Virus record (IMG/VR): IMGVR_UViG_3300033066_001283
Location: 86,264-150,263 of that record
From: a virus
Lineage: Duplodnaviria > Caudoviricetes
Direction: 5' to 3' (one strand)
DNA: 64,000 bases
The position numbers and the translations under genes are program-made. Shown one piece after another: positions 59,791-64,000 of the stretch (the stretch's first letter is position 1; every line of letters begins with the position of its first letter). A model generated the notes under the pieces. The model searched no databases, was not told the origin of the DNA, and saw nothing but the letters and a program-made list of their open reading frames with translations.

Positions 59791-60636
59791 ATGAAACTAA
59801 CAGAGCTTGAACAGGATCTTTTTAATAAGTGGGAAACAAAGGAGAGAAGTGATAAATACTGGGAAGAGGAAAAAGTACGTGTTCACCCTCTTATTAATCT
59901 TGATCTTGGTATTGCACTAGTCTCACTAATATTCTCACTTGGGTGTTTTATACATTATGAATGTGATAAACCAACAACTTATCTCACTATTTTTGGAGTA
60001 AATGCACTACTAATCTGGGGTAGTATATTTCTAGCAGAAATAATTACCGCTCTTATCAAAATTAACTTCTCAGGAATTGCAGCTAGAAAACTTAAGGCTG
60101 CTTACTTTAAAGAGTTTAAAGATAGCCTCAAGAATGTTGATCTTGCAACTGAAGGTACTATCTTTGATTTTAATAAGAGAAAAGCTATTCTTACTGCACA
60201 ATACGAAGAATTTTCTCAGAAGATTGAAACACAACTTACTGAGCTAAAAGGAGCAAAAGATAAACTTAAGGATATTGAGAGAAGAACTAAAGAAGGATCT
60301 AAACTCACTTTAGTTCACAATATTCTTAAAGAGATAGATGAAGTAAGTAGTCAACTTGAGAGTCAGAGAGAGAAAGCTGATAATCTTTATACTGGTGTGT
60401 CGAAGGAAATAAGAAGTGGTTGCCAGGAACTAAGAGATCAGCTAGATTTGGTTGAGGTATTGAAAACTCAAAGACTGCTAAATGCTTCGAAGTTTGTTAT
60501 TGAGGAGAACAAAGCTATTCTTTTAAGTATGGAGAATTGTTTAGCTCTTTTCGATAGAGAAATTAAATCTCTGAACCAAGAATTTACAGCATCGTATGAA
60601 GCAATAGAAGAACTAGGAGCTTTAAATGTATCTTGA
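59791..60636 (+). CDS. Membrane protein with long coiled coil (paralogue B)
   Basis: LVEVLKTQR...FVIEENKAIL; AQYEEF vs AQFEEF. Confidence 0.6.
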   Translation: MKLTELEQDLFNKWETKERSDKYWEEEKVRVHPLINLDLGIALVSLIFSLGCFIHYECDKPTTYLTIFGVNALLIWGSIFLAEIITALIKINFSGIAARKLKAAYFKEFKDSLKNVDLATEGTIFDFNKRKAILTAQYEEFSQKIETQLTELKGAKDKLKDIERRTKEGSKLTLVHNILKEIDEVSSQLESQREKADNLYTGVSKEIRSGCQELRDQLDLVEVLKTQRLLNASKFVIEENKAILLSMENCLALFDREIKSLNQEFTASYEAIEELGALNVS

Positions 60637-61120
60637 TTACATGTCAGCAGGACACTACAATACAATTTGTTTTGATCAAAAAATAAGCAGGATTGCAGTT
60701 CAACGTAGAATTGAGCATGCTGCCGCAATACATTTCTTCAGTGCTTTAAATAAAGCTGGTATTAGTTTATGGCAATCATCTACCCATAGATCAAGCTATC
60801 ACTCCTGTCACCATTTACCTTTCTGGTTGGAGAAGTATAAAGATGTTGCTATAAAGTGCTTACGAAAGTGGGAGGGAGTAGCAGACTTAATAGGTAAGCC
60901 AGACCTCAGATTTGATAAATATTTGCATCCAGATATTTACATCTATGCATCTAACAACCAAAGATTTCTAGATGCTGTTGATGATGATATTCTTCAAGAG
61001 ATACTGAAAATTAAGGGAGAAGAATCAGTATCTACTCCTCCAGACAGAGATTTTTCAGAGCTATTAAAAGCTCTAGACCAGTTAGACGAAAAACATAGGT
61101 TAATTTATGAACGATACTAA
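60626..61120 (+). CDS. Hypothetical protein
   Basis: AGGAG RBS. Confidence 0.5.
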   Translation: MYLDYMSAGHYNTICFDQKISRIAVQRRIEHAAAIHFFSALNKAGISLWQSSTHRSSYHSCHHLPFWLEKYKDVAIKCLRKWEGVADLIGKPDLRFDKYLHPDIYIYASNNQRFLDAVDDDILQEILKIKGEESVSTPPDRDFSELLKALDQLDEKHRLIYERY

Positions 61121-61457
61121 TACCAACCAACCAATCGCATCCAAACTCGTTGACCTTTTAGGCTTTGATCCCACTAAGAATGGGATTACAGCTGAAGTCT
61201 TCAAAGAAGCAGTTGAAGATGTAGAAAAGGAGCGAAGAGAGGCTCTGAAAGCAAAGGCGACTGCTCTTGTTAAGGAAACTGTACAAGGGCTTGAAGATCT
61301 GAATAAACTCAAGAATGAGTTCAATGGAAAGACTAAAGCAATCGAAAAGAAGCTGCAAGAGTCTTTCAAGAAGGCTTCTAATATTCTGAAGGCTGCTAAC
61401 GGAGAAGCTGTAGAAGAGGAGCAGCCAGAAGAGAAAACAGAAACCAATAAGGAGTAA
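61107..61457 (+). CDS. Coiled-coil hypothetical protein
   Basis: Heptad K/E-rich. Confidence 0.55.
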   Translation: MNDTNTNQPIASKLVDLLGFDPTKNGITAEVFKEAVEDVEKERREALKAKATALVKETVQGLEDLNKLKNEFNGKTKAIEKKLQESFKKASNILKAANGEAVEEEQPEEKTETNKE

Positions 61458-61489
61458 AAAATTAGCTCGATTAATTTCCCCTAAACCCT

Positions 61490-62593
61490 ATGAATTACAA
61501 TATACCTGTAGACAATTATAGCGAGCATTACATTGTTGAACATGCCGTAGCTCTTGCCGAAGAGAGAAAATTTGATTTCGTTTATAGCTTCACAACAAAA
61601 AATCTTAAGGCTGCTGAGGTTGAGAAACTATGTAAATTAGGAAAGGTAACTAAAAGCTTTAATTCTTTCTCTGAGAACACTAAAAAGACATCACTTCTTG
61701 GAAAATTAAGACTTTCTGGATCTTATTGCAGATTAATAGAAGCTGATGATTTCATTCTATTCATCTCAGCAAATTTAACTAGAATCTATTGTAAAGAAGA
61801 GAACACAATTGATTCTATTGAAGAAGTTATTAAGCCAATTTTAAAAAAGAAGAAGGTTAAATCTAAAGACCAGATCCAGGTTGATTTTTCTTCTTGGTCA
61901 GGTAATGGAATTAGAAAGACTGAAAGAAACTTAGATGTACCATTCTTAAGTGAGATTAAGTCTAACTATGTAGAGCACATTGATGAATTAGAAAAATTAG
62001 TTAAACTTAAACCTGATAAGGTGAATGAAAAGCTAATTTTACTTAATGGTTCGCCTGGTTGCGGTAAAACACACCTAGTTAGAGCTTTCATCAGAGAGTG
62101 GAGTGAATGGACCAATGCGATCTATGTTACTGATCCAGAGAATCTATTTTCTATTCCTACATATCTTCTAGATACACTTCCTGATATCTATGACGCTACT
62201 GATAATAAGCATAATCTCTTAATTCTAGAAGATTGCGATCAATTTGTTTCAGTAGATGCAAAGTCAACCAATGGTCAAGCTGTCAGTAGATTACTGAATA
62301 CTTTAGATGGGTTGCTTGGACAATCGTGTAATCTATTAATTATCCTAACTACTAATGAAGATTTAGATAAGATTCATCCAGCAATTTCTAGACCTGGAAG
62401 ATGTTTAGCTAATTTAACATTTCATGGGTTTAATCAAGAACAGGCTATTAATTGGTTAACAAATAAGAAGGTTGCAAATCCAGAAGAGAAGTTGAAATCT
62501 CTTCAGATAGAAGACAGCGTAGGATTTAGAAATTCCAACTCAAAATCCAAATATTCTTTAGCAGAATTATACAAATTACTTAAGGAAAACTAA
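61490..62593 (+). CDS. AAA+ ATPase
   Basis: Walker A GSPGCGKT, Walker B LILED, LLNTLDG, TTN sensor, AISRPGR second region of homology. Confidence 0.9.
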   Translation: MNYNIPVDNYSEHYIVEHAVALAEERKFDFVYSFTTKNLKAAEVEKLCKLGKVTKSFNSFSENTKKTSLLGKLRLSGSYCRLIEADDFILFISANLTRIYCKEENTIDSIEEVIKPILKKKKVKSKDQIQVDFSSWSGNGIRKTERNLDVPFLSEIKSNYVEHIDELEKLVKLKPDKVNEKLILLNGSPGCGKTHLVRAFIREWSEWTNAIYVTDPENLFSIPTYLLDTLPDIYDATDNKHNLLILEDCDQFVSVDAKSTNGQAVSRLLNTLDGLLGQSCNLLIILTTNEDLDKIHPAISRPGRCLANLTFHGFNQEQAINWLTNKKVANPEEKLKSLQIEDSVGFRNSNSKSKYSLAELYKLLKEN

Positions 62594-63072
62594 TGATACT
62601 AAGCATTATAAGCATACTAATATCTATTTCAAGTATATATATTTCATTAAGAAATACTAAGGTTATTAACTTTATGCTTTCTTTAACAGATAAAGTAATA
62701 GCAGCAGCAGAAAGAGATGTTATGTCTGGTAGAGATTATCAATGGAGATGGCGAGCTCTTGAAAGTGTCTCTTACTGGAAAGTGCTATTCTCTTTTAAGA
62801 AACCTAAAGTTGAGAATTATTGGCCCCATTCTGGTTGGCTAGAATGAGACTTAAAAAAGTAGTTTGGGATGGTAAAAATGTATCTCTAGTAACTCCCCTT
62901 TCTACTCAATATATTTCCTTACGTGCTTCATCATTTTCTGTTAGTTACGGTAAATGGGAAGGGGAGTTTCCCATCTGGAATTTCATTTGTCAGAACTATT
63001 TAAAGAATAAAAAATTAGAAGAGAATATAACGTCAGGAAAAAGAGGCTTTCTTCCTGCCCTTAGGAAAGGCT

Positions 63073-63438
63073 ATGAAAAAGAGCTTAGGTGAAAAATTAT
63101 CTGATAAAGTATCAGAAGTATGTGGCTCGTGGACATTCATTCTTTCTTTCCTTCTAGTAATGGGAATTTGGATTTGCCTAAATACTGGCCTTTTAAGGCA
63201 TCCATTTGATCCACCCCCATATATGGGCCTCAATCTATTTCTATCGACTGTAGCGGCCATCCAGGCCCCTTTAATCATGATGTCTCAGAACAGATTAGCA
63301 CAGACTGATAGAGAAAGGGCGATTGAAGATCATGAGCTTAATAAAAAGATTAATCAAAAGCTTGATGCACTGATAAAAGCAGATGCAGCGATCATTAGAA
63401 AACAAGATACTATTCTTGAGGAATTAGACGATGAATGA
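63073..63438 (+). CDS. DUF1003-like membrane protein
   Basis: GSWTFI...W...N...FDPPPY.GLNLFLS.VAAIQAPLIMMSQNR...DR. Confidence 0.8.
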   Translation: MKKSLGEKLSDKVSEVCGSWTFILSFLLVMGIWICLNTGLLRHPFDPPPYMGLNLFLSTVAAIQAPLIMMSQNRLAQTDRERAIEDHELNKKINQKLDALIKADAAIIRKQDTILEELDDE

Positions 63439-63901
63439 AAAACTAAGCACTACTACAAATGTAACAGTAGACAAAGACAATAAGATAACTAGTAAGACAA
63501 TAAATATTGCTAGTAACAATGATACTGGTATTTTAGAACCCACAGAGTTTGGATTTGTTTTAAAATACTTTACCGATTCAAGCTCCCAAGAATTACATTC
63601 AGAAAAACTAGAATCTCTTTTCAAAGAAAAGGAAGGTTCTCAATCTTTCACATATGTACCCTTCTTTCCTTTCAACGGTAATACTATTTTACTCCATTCT
63701 ACTACTCTAGGAATGGTAAGTCCAGATTCTGTTCCTCTCTTCAAAGAACTAAAAGTGGGAGATAAAATAGACGTTAACTTTGATCATCAATATAATAACA
63801 TGCTCAAAATTAATTCTAATCCAGGAGTATACACCTGCAAAAATGCCGAGGATGATATGCTCGGATATCGAGTTGTTATACTAGAAAGAGATCAAGAATG
63901 A
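63431..63901 (+). CDS. Hypothetical protein
   Basis: 156-aa ORF. Confidence 0.5.
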   Translation: MNEKLSTTTNVTVDKDNKITSKTINIASNNDTGILEPTEFGFVLKYFTDSSSQELHSEKLESLFKEKEGSQSFTYVPFFPFNGNTILLHSTTLGMVSPDSVPLFKELKVGDKIDVNFDHQYNNMLKINSNPGVYTCKNAEDDMLGYRVVILERDQE

Positions 63902-64000
63902 AAAATCATGCAAATCTAAGAAGAGAATTAGAAGAGAAAGGAGTTTTCTTTATCTCTTACGATTATGAAACTAAGGTATACGTAATTATGTACCAAGGCT

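Noticed and set aside
1-64000. Stop-codon reassignment (alternative genetic code)
   Set aside because: Long genes are intact in the standard code, TAA, TAG and TGA all end genes, and no suppressor tRNA was seen

Overview
Fragment of a large tailed (myovirus-like) bacteriophage genome with two divergent arms. Left arm (1-36100, minus strand, AT-rich) is the virion morphogenesis operon. It has a >2278-aa tape-measure-position protein that is missing from the ORF track, runs off the window, and carries two inteins and a PD-(D/E)XK nuclease domain. It also has tail chaperones, three tube-like and two sheath-like paralogues, neck, major capsid, prohead protease, portal, an intein-containing terminase, a 1069-aa DFDGD protein and a GIY-YIG endonuclease. 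Right arm (36200-64000, plus strand) begins with a visibly more GC-rich early/host-takeover-like region of small genes. It contains an 858-aa DADGD protein, a 1.2-kb non-coding structured-RNA block, three tRNAs, an iteron-like repeat and AT-rich accessory genes. A pilin-type leader hints at an Armatimonadota/PVC-like host. The most novel signal is an apparent self-contained expression-control system: (i) two paralogous single-chain two-barrel RNA polymerases that appear domain-permuted (beta'-like DxDGD barrel first, beta-like K..K barrel last); (ii) two type II hammerhead ribozymes alternating with a second, unidentified structured motif between early genes; (iii) a shared extended RBS (TGTAGGAGGTA) on early genes whose exact complement occurs in a hairpin loop of a candidate small RNA and in the 3' UTR of the major capsid gene. 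All functional calls come from manual motif reading; no database searches were run.
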